From Bellilinea sp. (GTDB lineage Bacteria > Chloroflexota > Anaerolineae > Anaerolineales > Anaerolineaceae), in NCBI GenBank assembly GCA_034678705.1, contig JAXDBP010000030.1, forward strand, positions 50,162-114,161: 64,000 nucleotides of DNA. Reading direction: 5' to 3'. Positions 27,875-38,117 of this stretch are shown one piece after another (the stretch's first letter is position 1; every line of letters begins with the position of its first letter). A program made the translations under genes and the position numbers. Under the pieces are notes generated by a model, which was not told the origin of the DNA, did no database searches, and saw only the letters and a list, made by a program, of their open reading frames with translations.

Positions 27875-28191
27875 AGCAAACCTTTCTATCAGCCATTCGA
27901 CTGAATATAAGGTGTATTCGGAGTTGTGTTGTTCGTTTGTACGGTGTACATACCTGTAGATTATATCCTAATTATACCCCAATTACAACCCTATTTATCC
28001 GATTTATTGGATGATTTGCTATAAACCAGCAATGGAGCTTCCAATGTAAAATGAACATTAACTTTGGTTTGATATCTGCAGGCAGAACAACATATTTTGT
28101 ATACGTCCAATGGTTTGTGTTTGTGTGCGCAGGCGCAATGCAGGAACACCATCGCGCAATCCCATTGGCAATGTTTAAATGATTATGCGGC

Positions 28192-28566
28192 TCACTCAAG
28201 GATTTTCCAGAAGGAATCCTTGCGGACGATCTTCCCCTGAGCGAACTCAAGCAGGTCAACACCTCGCACTTCGATGGGTTGCCCTGATGGTGATGTGCCG
28301 GTAAGTGTCCATTCCGAAACTCCGAAATCCCCGCAGATCCAGTGCCGATCATCACCATAATGAACATCCGGTATGCCTTCAAACCGTTTCGCTAACCCTG
28401 CTCGAACCTCCGTCTTGCCAACATATCGATCGCCACGTGGCCCGGCGCCTCTCGGCATGTAGAAGACACAATCTTCTGCGAAATAGGCCATGATGGCATC
28501 TAGATCGTGGCGGTTGAATGCTTGCAGGAATCCCTCCAACAATTCGATGGTCACATGCTCGGACAT
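28192..28566 (-). CDS. SnoaL-like / NTF2-fold protein
   Basis: LLEGFLQAFNRHDLDAIMAYFAEDCVF. Confidence 0.7.
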   Translation of the reverse strand: MSEHVTIELLEGFLQAFNRHDLDAIMAYFAEDCVFYMPRGAGPRGDRYVGKTEVRAGLAKRFEGIPDVHYGDDRHWICGDFGVSEWTLTGTSPSGQPIEVRGVDLLEFAQGKIVRKDSFWKILE

Positions 28567-29042
28567 TGCAACCTCCATGTGTGCTGCCTGAGTAATAAAG
28601 ATTCAGTCAGATAATCCTTAATTATCCGGACACTTGATATGCTGTTAATCCGCTGGAATCCTCTCTGCTAATGCTTAAATATACTCCACTTAGGGCGTGG
28701 AAATACCTGTTGACGATAACTGCATGATTCCTCATCATAGAATCTTGGTCTGGGAAGGTGCAATACCGCCGGGTCATTCCTGGCTTTGTCAATCAAACTT
28801 AGGGCGACACAATGGTAATGCCTCGCACCTCAGCCTCCGGGAGGATTCTCCAAGTTGAGGCTTTAGCCGGTGAAATTATCGATGCAGTGTGTCTTACGGG
28901 AATGGTCACAAATAATCGCCAGCCCCTCAGTGGGCGTAGAGCCTGCCATCGCGCGCGCAGGTTCTCTATTCCACCTGTTCAGGCCAGGGCGCGCCGGCCT
29001 CACAGTTGAATGACCTCCGTCACGAGCCATATCATCACATCA

Positions 29043-29639
29043 TTAGAAAGAGCCGGTTTGAAGCTTCCCCGCACGCTTGAAATTGGCGATGATCACCCCG
29101 CTCGGCGAGGATTTGCTGTCGACCAGCTCAAAGGCAGCGGGAATCGCCCCGTCCCCAAACAGGCGCTTGCCCGATCCGAGCGCCACCGGGAAGATCTTCA
29201 GCCAGAGCTCGTCGACCAGATCGTGCTTCAATAACGTCTGGATCAAATTACTGCTGCCGTGCACCTGCAGGTCAGCCCCGGGCTGCCCTTTGAGCTTCTT
29301 GATCTCATCCGGGACGTTGCCAGTAATAAATATTGTCTTGTTCCAGTCGTGGCTCTTCAGCGTGTTCGAGGCGACGTACTTGGTCGCCTTGTTGATCCCG
29401 GCGCCTTCCTCCGGGTGATCCGGCCAGTAAGACGCGAAGATTTCGAAGGTTTTTCTCCCTAACAGGAGATCGAACGGCTTTCCCATCTGCTCGTCCATCA
29501 CCTGTCCAAGGAACTCATCGAAGTAGGGCACGGTCCAGCCGCCGTGGGTAAAGTTGCCGCTGGTATCTTCCGTTGGCCCGCCTGGCGCCTGCATGACGCC
29601 GTCAAGAGACACAAAAGAGAGAATAATTATCTTTTTCAT
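29043..29639 (-). CDS. Dihydrofolate reductase family protein (RibD C-terminal domain)
   Basis: MKKIIILSFVSLDGVMQAPGGP...VHGSSNLIQTLL. Confidence 0.8.
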   Translation of the reverse strand: MKKIIILSFVSLDGVMQAPGGPTEDTSGNFTHGGWTVPYFDEFLGQVMDEQMGKPFDLLLGRKTFEIFASYWPDHPEEGAGINKATKYVASNTLKSHDWNKTIFITGNVPDEIKKLKGQPGADLQVHGSSNLIQTLLKHDLVDELWLKIFPVALGSGKRLFGDGAIPAAFELVDSKSSPSGVIIANFKRAGKLQTGSF

Positions 29640-30281
29640 AACAATTATTCTAACACAAAATCCATTTTGTCTCGCATCTCGTACACCTTCAAGAATCAGA
29701 GCAGATCTGGTTGAATTGAGTGCAGAAATAGACACGCAAGTCGGTTTGAGGATGGTCAGTGTACCGCTCGATCGGGCTATTCACCCCGCCCGAAAGACGA
29801 GGCCGTCTCCAACACCCAAAAGTTTTCGAGTATCGGATGGACTCATGATTGACCAACAGCCAGGCCAGCACTTCAACCATCCAGGTTACGAGGGAGAAAT
29901 TTAGGGCTGTCGCCGCCACCAGCGCGCCTATTATTTTTTACATACCCACCTATACACTATTGAATATCGCACGAGTTTCATGTAAAATTATCTTATTAAT
30001 ATTGGATTATTAATAACTGAATAATTTGCGGCATTTAGGGTACGGAAATATCAACGCGTAAACGGGGCAAGAAGGAGTACTGGGGGACAATAATCGGTAC
30101 TGCATACCTCTGGTATTGGCGGATCAAGCGCTCGACCTGAAACCTTGGTTTAAAATTTTTGGGGAATATCCTCGTTGTGGTTTGCGTTCCAGATTTGCGA
30201 CAGGGTAATCGAAGATATTTCTTTCTCTACCGACGTATCAAGCCGTTATCAGTGTATTGAGTTTATATCCATAGAGGAACA

Positions 30282-30986
30282 ATGAATATTTTTGATCTTT
30301 CAATAATAACCTACCTCAATCACTTCGCCGGGCAATGGTATGTATTTGACAAAATTGTAAAAGCAGTGGCGGTTAATAATTTAATTAAAGGCGGTATCTT
30401 TGCAGTCATTATTTGGTGGGCGTGGTTTGCTAAAGACAAGGACATATCACGAAAGCGAGAGCAAATAATAACCACATTGATCGGCAGCCTGATTGGATTA
30501 GTCGTTGCGAGGTTACTAGCACTGGCGCTGCCGTTTCGTTTTAGGCCCATGCACGACCAATCCATTAATTTCAAGCTGCCCTATGGTGTATCGCTGACCA
30601 CATTGGATGGTTGGAGCGCATTTCCAAGCGACCATGCGGTCTTCTTCTTCGCCCTAGCAACAGGTCTTTTCTTCATATCCAGGAAGGCAGGCGTTTTGTT
30701 ACTGCTTTATGCTGCTTTCGTTATTAGTTTTTCCCGCATCTACACTGGATTCCATTGGCCAACGGACATCATCGCAGGGATGATCATTGGAGTGATTATC
30801 GGTGTCCTGTGTAATATTTTCATGGTGAGGTTAAAACCGATCAGATCTGTTGTTAATTGGTCAAATTCAAGGCCCATGTTTTTTTACCCATTGCTGTTCC
30901 TCTTTACATTTCAAATAATCGATCTCTTCAGTGGCTTCAGGGGTCTCTTAAGCGCTGCAGGTAAACTGTTCAATATTGTTTTCTGA
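30282..30986 (+). CDS. PAP2 superfamily phosphatase (membrane)
   Basis: PSDHAV ... SRIYTGFHWPTD motifs. Confidence 0.8.
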   Translation: MNIFDLSIITYLNHFAGQWYVFDKIVKAVAVNNLIKGGIFAVIIWWAWFAKDKDISRKREQIITTLIGSLIGLVVARLLALALPFRFRPMHDQSINFKLPYGVSLTTLDGWSAFPSDHAVFFFALATGLFFISRKAGVLLLLYAAFVISFSRIYTGFHWPTDIIAGMIIGVIIGVLCNIFMVRLKPIRSVVNWSNSRPMFFYPLLFLFTFQIIDLFSGFRGLLSAAGKLFNIVF

Positions 30987-30988
30987 TC

Positions 30989-31395
30989 CTAATTGACCAG
31001 TCCCTGCCGTGCGTTTTCCCACACGGGGGTCAGACAGCATTTGTCCCGATAATCTGTCAGCAGCTTCACATCCTCGATATCCCCCCACCCGACCGTGAGC
31101 GGGGACAAAGGCGGCCGCCCCGAGCTGGCTGGTCTCTCTCAAGGCGTTGATCAGCGCCCATGGATCGCCGTCCGCCAGGCAGGGATGAAAATCGGTGAAC
31201 AGCTGGACGATCATGAAGACGATGCCGTCCTGCGGAAGGTGGAGCGCGTTGTCGCTGCCGGTGTGCCCGCCGTCGTAGGGAATCAGCCTGGCATTGCAGA
31301 CCGCGTGACCGCCGTTCTACGCGACGGCGGTAAACACCCCCTCAACCGGCGGCTGCAACCTGAAGTGCCAGGAGGTGAAGATTATCCGCCCTCCT
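30989..31395 (-). pseudogene. Decayed MBL-fold hydrolase remnant
   Basis: GGHTGSDNALHLPQDGIVFMIV..ADGDPW..AHGRVGG reads MBL-like. It is preceded by an in-frame TAG, and a frame change at a G-run restores a plausible C-terminus (DIEDVKLLTDYLDK...). Confidence 0.4.
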
Positions 31396-31399
31396 TATT

Positions 31400-32272
31400 T
31401 CATCGCGCCGGTTCCCGCAGCCATAGATCCGCCGCCTCCGGCTTTGCTTCCCTTGGCAGCAGCGCGATGGCGTCGTTGGGGCACTCTGCCCGGCACACCC
31501 CGCAGCCGAAGCAGCGGCGCGGATCGATGTAGACCTTACCGAGCGCCGAGGAATAGAACATCGCGCCGAACTGGCACTGGCTGATACAAGACTTGCAGCC
31601 CGTGCACAGATCCCAGTCCACCTCGCAGACATACTCGGCGCGGAAGAAGTGCGGTGTGCCGCGCATCGCGATGTAATCCTGGTAGGCGCCGCAATCGCGG
31701 TCGCAGTTGCACAGGCCGATGACATACGGTGTAACGCCCGTCCAGATGCTGTGCATCAAGCCTTCCTGATCGAAATGGCGGAACAGCTTCAGCGCCTCTT
31801 TCTTGTTGAGCACCTCCAGCGAGGAGGCCGCTTCAGGATACACGCCCAACATCAGCCATTTATCGATGCCCAGCCCGAAGCAGTAGCGCTGGTCCGTCAA
31901 TCCGGTCGACTGGTAGCGGCATCCGCACGGGAAGCGGGTGATCGAATCCACCATATCGATCACCTTCTCGACGTCCTCGATCGGCAGCACCTGTCCGAAA
32001 TGCTCCACTTTGTTGTGGGCGATGATCTCTTCCTGGCTGGGATTTTCCAAAACGCCCTCGGCAAAGCCTCCCCCTGGTGGAACAGTCCCTGCCGTAATCG
32101 CCGGCATGACAAAGCCCTGCCAGAAGCGGTTCATCCAATCATAGCGGGTAACCGCGTCGACGGTTTTCTTCTGGTCTGCGCTCAGTTCTGCATGGAGCAG
32201 TTCCTGCGAGTAATTTTTCATCTCGAGGTACCATTTCTTCCCCTCGCCGTGTTCTTTACAAAACTCGCACAT
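31400..32272 (-). CDS. 4Fe-4S dicluster domain protein
   Basis: CTGCKSCISQCQ and CFGCGVCRAECP motifs. Start at MCEFCKEHG after a GGGAGGAGG RBS. Confidence 0.7.
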   Translation of the reverse strand: MCEFCKEHGEGKKWYLEMKNYSQELLHAELSADQKKTVDAVTRYDWMNRFWQGFVMPAITAGTVPPGGGFAEGVLENPSQEEIIAHNKVEHFGQVLPIEDVEKVIDMVDSITRFPCGCRYQSTGLTDQRYCFGLGIDKWLMLGVYPEAASSLEVLNKKEALKLFRHFDQEGLMHSIWTGVTPYVIGLCNCDRDCGAYQDYIAMRGTPHFFRAEYVCEVDWDLCTGCKSCISQCQFGAMFYSSALGKVYIDPRRCFGCGVCRAECPNDAIALLPREAKPEAADLWLREPAR

Positions 32273-32541
32273 TTCGGCCTCCTCCCTCAGAGTACCATGA
32301 GGATCGCTCCTTTGGTGTACACCGTCCACCAGAGAAGACTTGACCATCGATACCATTATTGCTCTTATTACCTGCAATATCAATAACCTGCGGTTAAACC
32401 TCAGCCTATGGTCTGGATATCAGGAGTGTTGATTGCCTGGATGGTTGCCCGCTGTATAGTCTTTGGGTCACTTGCAATGGAGCATTGGTTCTTTAAGGAC
32501 AGCTGAGTTCTGTGATATGGGAATGGTGTACAATTTGGAAC

Positions 32542-33030
32542 ATGAAAGGCGCTGTCAGAATCGTCCAGGTTATCCCGATCCTTGTGATCATGACTGGTTG
32601 CACGCCGGCGATCGACGTCGGTGTGCCGGATTACGCCGCGCCCTCCACGTCCACCCCACCGCCCCCTGTATTTTCTACGAGACAAACGCCGACCGCTTCA
32701 GAGGATCCTGCTTTGATAACTCCAACCCTGCCACCCCCCGCCGATTTGGTCCCGAGCAGCCTGATCGATGAAGCCAAAACTGACCTGGCCCAACGGCTGT
32801 CGCTTGCCGTTGACCAGATAATCCTTCTGGAAGCCTCTGCCGTGACCTGGCCGGATAGCAGCCTGGGCTGCCCCGAAGAAGGTATGGCCTATGCCCAGGT
32901 GCTCACTCCGGGCTATCTGATCCGGCTCGAGGCAGGCGCTCATCAATACGAGTACCACGCCAGCCGCGGCACGGTGTTTTATTGCCAGAATCCCTCGGCC
33001 CCGGTACCGGGGGTTTCGCCGGACGTATAG
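32542..33030 (+). CDS. Putative lipoprotein, Pro/Thr-rich linker
   Basis: MKGAVRIVQVIPILVIMTGC lipobox-like signal. Confidence 0.6.
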   Translation: MKGAVRIVQVIPILVIMTGCTPAIDVGVPDYAAPSTSTPPPPVFSTRQTPTASEDPALITPTLPPPADLVPSSLIDEAKTDLAQRLSLAVDQIILLEASAVTWPDSSLGCPEEGMAYAQVLTPGYLIRLEAGAHQYEYHASRGTVFYCQNPSAPVPGVSPDV

Positions 33031-33069
33031 TCCGTGCGGCGATGCCCCTCGTCACCCCGAGCGCTGTTT

Positions 33070-33144
33070 GTCATTCCGAGCGAAGCGTGGAATCTTCCCC
33101 GTCACTCTATCAAGATTTCTCCTCGCTGTGCTCGTCGAAATGAC
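33070..33144. repeat. REP/MITE-like hairpin repeat, copy 2
   Basis: GTCATTCCGAGCGAAGCGTGGAATC...AGATTTCTCCTCGCTGTGCTCGTCGAAATGAC, preceded by CACCCCGAGCGCT. Confidence 0.8.
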
Positions 33145-33214
33145 AAACTTATGATCCTTCCACGCTGTGCTCGTTGAATAGGCGACTATCTTTTGCCACC
33201 CCGAGCGCTATTTT

Positions 33215-33289
33215 GTCATTCCGAGCGAAGCGAGGAATCTTCCCCGTCACTCTATCAAGATTTCTCCTCGCTGCGCTCGTCGAAATGAC
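33215..33289. repeat. REP/MITE-like hairpin repeat, copy 3
   Basis: Near-identical to copy 2, including the CACCCCGAGCGCT leader. A degenerate half-copy lies between the two. Confidence 0.8.
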
Positions 33290-33455
33290 ACACGACGCCC
33301 CTCTTCCCAAAGCTGCGGCGGGCAGGGATGCCCGCCCTACGATCTTCTAGCGCACCCATCCCTGGCCGCGGTTGTCGCTGTGGTATCGCGGCGGCCGGGA
33401 AAGAAAACAGGCTGGCAGTAACTCTGCCAGCCTGCTTGTTGAACTACAGGGCGCC

Positions 33456-36400
33456 TTACGGCGTGTCGATGCGGACGATGGTCGGGTTCAGTGGTAAGGC
33501 AGTGACCCCATCCGTGTAGGCTATGCTGCCAAGGTACTTGGTGCCTGCCGCCAGGCCGCTGAAGGTCAATTCGATGGTGCCGTTCTCGCCGATCACCGCG
33601 GTGGTCGGCGCAGTCACGGCCATGTTGCCGGCATCCGCCGTGCCAAGCACCCAGGTGAAGAGGGTGTAGACCGCATCCGGTCCGTCCGTCCCCCAGCCGT
33701 GCACGCAAACCGTGTAGGTGGCGGCCATCGGGTTGATCAGGTTGACCACCTCGGCTGAGGTGCCGCTGCCGCTGGAGCCGACCAGCGTGGTTCCACGGTA
33801 GACGTACAGATCGAGGTCGTCAGCGCCGTCGGTGTAATCGTCGAATAGCGCAGCGCGGAAGTAACTTGTACCGGCAGGCACAGCGATGTCGTACTTCATT
33901 ACACCTGGACCTTCGGGATCAAATTCGTCCGTTGGGTCATCGAGGACGGTGTCGGTGAAGGTCGTGGCGGGGATTAGCCCGCGGGCGGTAGCAGAGAAGT
34001 CGCCGCTGTAACCGAAGGTGACATCGAAGCTCAGCGGATCGCCAGTACCGAAGATCTCCACGGGAGCAGCCAGGGCGACCGGCTTGACCACCATCGGGAT
34101 GCGCACAACGTGACCGTGCTCATCGCTCCAGGTCAGGAATCCGCCGGCATAGGTGTTCAGAGTAGCCGTGGTTGTGGTGAAGGTGACTTCGAAATCCGCC
34201 GATTCGCCCGGGTTCAGGATCAGCTCAGCGGGTTTGACGGCCACATCGATTCCATCCAGGCCCTCGATTGAGACCTCGTAATGCGAGGTCGCCCCGTACA
34301 GGTTTTCCACCGTGCGGCTGACCGTCTGCGTGCCGGCCAGCGCGCCGATGGCGACGGAAGGAACGTTCAGGTTGCTGGGTTCGGTCGAGTAGCCGTACAT
34401 CTCCAGCAAGCTGCAGGTCGCCGGGCCGACGCCGTTGGTCGTGCCGCACAGGAAGGCCAGCCAGTCGTTCCATCCGCTGTCGTAGATCAAGCCGGGATCG
34501 GCGGCAGCGTTGGGATTGATGTGGCCCGCGCCCATGCGGAAGATTTTATTTGCGGTGCCGACGTTATCGAGTACATCGTAGCTGCTGGTCATCAGCGCCG
34601 ATTTGATCGCCATCGGCGACCAGTCGGGATGCAGGTCCTTCAACAGGGCAGCGACACCGGCCACATGCGGGGCGGACATCGAGGTACCGCTGTATACGTT
34701 GAAGTTGTATCCAGAATTTCCTGGAGGGGCAACCGCTGCCAAAATGTCCACGCCGGGCGCCATCAGATCCGGCTTGAGCAGGTCGCCGTTGCCGGCGATA
34801 ATCGGCCCGCGCGACGAGAAGTCGGCCGTGTATGGAGCTGGAGTGGAATAATCGAACACGGCTTTGTTGATCGTTGCCGTCGCGCTGGCGCTGTTCGCTG
34901 CGATGTAGGTCTTGATCGCCAACCCATCAGCACTTTGGACATGCACTGTCGGCACGGAGTGGAAGTCGGCGTTAAGCGAGGAGTCCGGGGAGTTGTACAG
35001 GATCATGCCCACGCCGCCGGCCATGTACACTGCCAGGCTCTTGTCCACACGGGCGTTTGAGCCGCGCCTGCACAGGACGATCTTGCCGGCGACCTTGGCC
35101 GGATCGAGCGTGCCTGAAAAGCACAGTTCTACTTCGGCCGGAACTGCGTCGGCCAAACCAACGTTAACCGAATCCACCAACGGGGCTGTTACAGCCGCAC
35201 CCGCCAGGGAGATGCCGTAATATGTTATCCCGTTGCCGAGTGTGACCGAGCCCGTGACGCCACGGTTGTGCGTTCCAGCCGCCACGGTGGTCAGCCAGGG
35301 CCCTGGATGGGCGACCGTGCTGGTTGTTGGGCCGCTGTTGCCGGCCGAGGCCGAGACGAATATTCCCGCGTCCGCGGCGTACAGGAAGGATAACTGGGCC
35401 GGGTCGAGGAAGTTGGTCAGCGTGCCGCTGATCGAGTAGTTGATCACATCCACCCCGTCAGCGACGGCTTGATCGATCGCCGCCACCAGGTCCGAGGTGT
35501 AGCCACTGGCCTGAGATCCATCCTCCAGCGACCACAGGGCTTTATACATGGCGATGCGGGCGCGCGGAGCCATGCCGCTGACACTGCCAAAAGTTGCTGC
35601 CGGGCCGGTGGTAGGCACGCCATAGTTGCCACCCGCTGTTGAGGAGGTGTGCGTGCCGTGGCCGTTGTAGTCGCGCGGCGAGTTGAACTCCCAGGGGCGC
35701 TGGGCATCGATACCGCCCGGTCCCCAGGCTGCGTTGAAGTACTGTGCGCCGATCAGCTTCTGGTTGCAGTACGAGGCGTTCCAGCCCTCGCCGGGCACGC
35801 ACTTGCCGTTCCAGCCGGGGATTTGCTGGAAGACTTTCTTGCCTTTGGCGCTCGGCACGCCGTTCGCGTCCACCCGGTCGGTGAAGCTGAGGCTCTCCGG
35901 CCAGATGCCCGAATCGACGATACCGATGATGATGTCCTCGCCCCCCTTGCCAATGCCGCCAAGATGCTCCCACAATCCGCCTTCGGCATCCAGGCCGAGG
36001 AAGGATGGCGTGGACGAGGTGTCGACGGTGTGCAGTTCATCCGGGGTGACCATCAGGACGCCATCGCTGGTTGCCAGCTTGGTGGCCTGCTCCAGATCCA
36101 TTTGCGCGGCAAAGCCGTTAAAGCTGTAGACGTAGTCGTAAAGCTTGCTGCCGCCTGCTTTCTTCACGGCCTTATCATGTTTTTCGATAAGCCGAGCGAC
36201 GTACTTGGTCACAGCCGGGCTGTAGGGATCGATCTTTTCACCCATCTCAGGCTTGGTCGCTTTCAAGCCCGGGATGCTGCCGTCGTAGGCAACTACCGGC
36301 TCATCGATCATTTGAACAATATAGACGCCGTTGCTACTTTCTATCACCTGATCGGCGCTATTTCCCCCACCGGGCTTGAGCGTAGGTTGGGCGGCCGCTG

Positions 36401-36470
36401 GCGCTACAGCAGCAAATGCAAAGGCCAGCACCACCATGAGAGAGATCACCTGAAACCACTTGGTCTTCAT
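33456..36470 (-). CDS. Secreted S8 family subtilase with I9 propeptide, PA insert and C-terminal PPC-like domain
   Basis: Catalytic triad contexts GIVDSGIWPES, HGTHTSSTAGG and SGTSMSAPHVAG. Signal peptide present. C-terminal DDLDLYVY. Confidence 0.9.
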   Translation of the reverse strand: MKTKWFQVISLMVVLAFAFAAVAPAAAQPTLKPGGGNSADQVIESSNGVYIVQMIDEPVVAYDGSIPGLKATKPEMGEKIDPYSPAVTKYVARLIEKHDKAVKKAGGSKLYDYVYSFNGFAAQMDLEQATKLATSDGVLMVTPDELHTVDTSSTPSFLGLDAEGGLWEHLGGIGKGGEDIIIGIVDSGIWPESLSFTDRVDANGVPSAKGKKVFQQIPGWNGKCVPGEGWNASYCNQKLIGAQYFNAAWGPGGIDAQRPWEFNSPRDYNGHGTHTSSTAGGNYGVPTTGPAATFGSVSGMAPRARIAMYKALWSLEDGSQASGYTSDLVAAIDQAVADGVDVINYSISGTLTNFLDPAQLSFLYAADAGIFVSASAGNSGPTTSTVAHPGPWLTTVAAGTHNRGVTGSVTLGNGITYYGISLAGAAVTAPLVDSVNVGLADAVPAEVELCFSGTLDPAKVAGKIVLCRRGSNARVDKSLAVYMAGGVGMILYNSPDSSLNADFHSVPTVHVQSADGLAIKTYIAANSASATATINKAVFDYSTPAPYTADFSSRGPIIAGNGDLLKPDLMAPGVDILAAVAPPGNSGYNFNVYSGTSMSAPHVAGVAALLKDLHPDWSPMAIKSALMTSSYDVLDNVGTANKIFRMGAGHINPNAAADPGLIYDSGWNDWLAFLCGTTNGVGPATCSLLEMYGYSTEPSNLNVPSVAIGALAGTQTVSRTVENLYGATSHYEVSIEGLDGIDVAVKPAELILNPGESADFEVTFTTTTATLNTYAGGFLTWSDEHGHVVRIPMVVKPVALAAPVEIFGTGDPLSFDVTFGYSGDFSATARGLIPATTFTDTVLDDPTDEFDPEGPGVMKYDIAVPAGTSYFRAALFDDYTDGADDLDLYVYRGTTLVGSSGSGTSAEVVNLINPMAATYTVCVHGWGTDGPDAVYTLFTWVLGTADAGNMAVTAPTTAVIGENGTIELTFSGLAAGTKYLGSIAYTDGVTALPLNPTIVRIDTP

Positions 36471-36871
36471 ATTAATTCTCCTTAGTAATTACGAATAAAC
36501 GCGCCCATAAAAGCAGCAGATCGATAATTTTGGCCTTATAGAGCTTCACCTCCTTCAGAGTTGGTAGGATGGAACAGGTGGAAAATATTCGGTTGTCAGC
36601 AATGATTCGCTGTCGGAACACCCAGTATACTCCCCCAAGGTTCAGGTGCATTCAGGTTCATACATTATACAGATAAATTGTGCATTTTGTCCAGCCGCAA
36701 TTTATAAAACGCATGTTGGATAAGCGTTTCTGGGAATCGAACAATAGCTGACTGTAAGCCAGCCTTGGGTAAACGATATTGAAACAAGTTCTTTTCCACC
36801 TGTGTAACGAGAGCTGATGGAGAGGAAGACGGCGGGTCAAATCACAGGGCTGTTTACTTAAACCTGCTTGC

Positions 36872-37426
36872 TCAGGCGGCAATATGCTGGGCGAGACTCC
36901 TGCTCAGCGCGAGGTATTTCTCATGAGCGCCGTCTTCCAGCTCGGCCTGCTCGAAGTCGCCCCAGACCTGAGGATGCAGCTCGGTTGGGATGACTTGCTC
37001 GGCCAGCGGGAAGAGGATATTGTCCTCTTTGAAGATGTGCTGGCGCAGCAGGGCTACGTAGCTGCGCGAGCTCTGGATCGCCCGGTTGACCGCGCTCATA
37101 TCGCCGGCATGCAGATCCTGCGCGGCAGTGAGCAGTGCGCGGGTGTACTGGCGCGCCAGTGCGTGCTCTGCCAGCATGACTCCCAGTGGGCAGCCGTCTG
37201 TTGGAATCCCCTGCGCCTGCATGCGCACGAACAGGACGCCCTCTTCTTTTTGATGGTGGCAGCCGTCGGCGAATCCGCGGATGAAGTCGACCGCCAGCAG
37301 GAAGAATTCCGGCGGCACGTACTGGCCGTTTTCCAGCTTTTTCGCGGCGGCCTCGAGCAGGTCGAGCACCCGTTCGATGACGCGGTGCTCTTCGACAAGG
37401 ATATCGATCGCTTTCATTTCTCTCAC
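36872..37426 (-). CDS. Hemerythrin HHE cation-binding domain protein
   Basis: IDILVEEHRVIERVL ... HIFKEDNILFP. Confidence 0.8.
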   Translation of the reverse strand: MREMKAIDILVEEHRVIERVLDLLEAAAKKLENGQYVPPEFFLLAVDFIRGFADGCHHQKEEGVLFVRMQAQGIPTDGCPLGVMLAEHALARQYTRALLTAAQDLHAGDMSAVNRAIQSSRSYVALLRQHIFKEDNILFPLAEQVIPTELHPQVWGDFEQAELEDGAHEKYLALSRSLAQHIAA

Positions 37427-37614
37427 CCTTTTTCCCTAACTGGTTGAATTTCGAACCAGACAGGCCTTTGCCGACCTCTGATTCACCACCAGTTAAAGCA
37501 TATCTTTATTTTCCGGCGTAGACTTTGCTCTGTAACAAAGAATATGATTTTAATGACGGTATTTAGAAATTCCCTTTTACTTCTGTCATCAGTATTCTTT
37601 TATAATGAACGGCA

Positions 37615-38109
37615 ATGAACAACCACGCAGCCCACACCCGTTCCTGGGAGACTTTCGAGGCGGTTTATGGGAGCGCCTTGATCCTGAGTTTGCTGCTTAA
37701 CTATTTGATTCCGCTTCAACTGAGCCTGGTCATGCCCAGGACGGCATCACTAAGCAGCGGGGCAATCCTGGCGGGAGCCGGAGTGGCGATCGTGATGGCT
37801 GTCCGCCGGCAGTTTAATCAGGCTGGGCAGCCTACCGATCCCGGGCGTCCAACCACCCAGATCATCACCACCGGCGTCTTTTCCTGGTCGCGGAATCCGC
37901 TCTATTTGGGCGGGTTGATCTTTATGCTGGGGATTGCAGCGCTGTTGAACTCCATCTGGCTGCTGATTTTGCTCCTCCCCGCCACAACCGCCGCTCACTT
38001 TATCCTGATCCTGCCTGAGGAAAAATACCTGTTGGCGAGGTTCGGGGGATCTTACCGCCAGTACACCCGCTCTGTCCGCCGCTGGTTCGGCAGGCGCAGG
38101 CAGCCGTAA
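37615..38109 (+). CDS. ICMT/PEMT-type membrane methyltransferase family protein
   Basis: GVFSWSRNPLYLGGLIFMLG ... EEKYLLARFGGSYRQYTRSVRRW. Confidence 0.75.
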   Translation: MNNHAAHTRSWETFEAVYGSALILSLLLNYLIPLQLSLVMPRTASLSSGAILAGAGVAIVMAVRRQFNQAGQPTDPGRPTTQIITTGVFSWSRNPLYLGGLIFMLGIAALLNSIWLLILLLPATTAAHFILILPEEKYLLARFGGSYRQYTRSVRRWFGRRRQP

Positions 38110-38117
38110 CAAGCGAA

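Noticed and set aside
33040-33295. Possible CRISPR array
   Set aside because: There are only two or three units. Each is itself a long hairpin, the spacing is irregular, the intervening sequence is a degenerate copy of the repeat, and there are no cas genes. It behaves as a REP/MITE-like repeat.
36727-36790. tRNA-like fragment on the minus strand (anticodon-arm-like hairpin GCTGG-CTTACAG-TCAGC followed by TTCGATTCC)
   Set aside because: The T stem and acceptor stem do not pair and no D arm can be drawn. It is at most a degraded remnant and is not reported as a gene.
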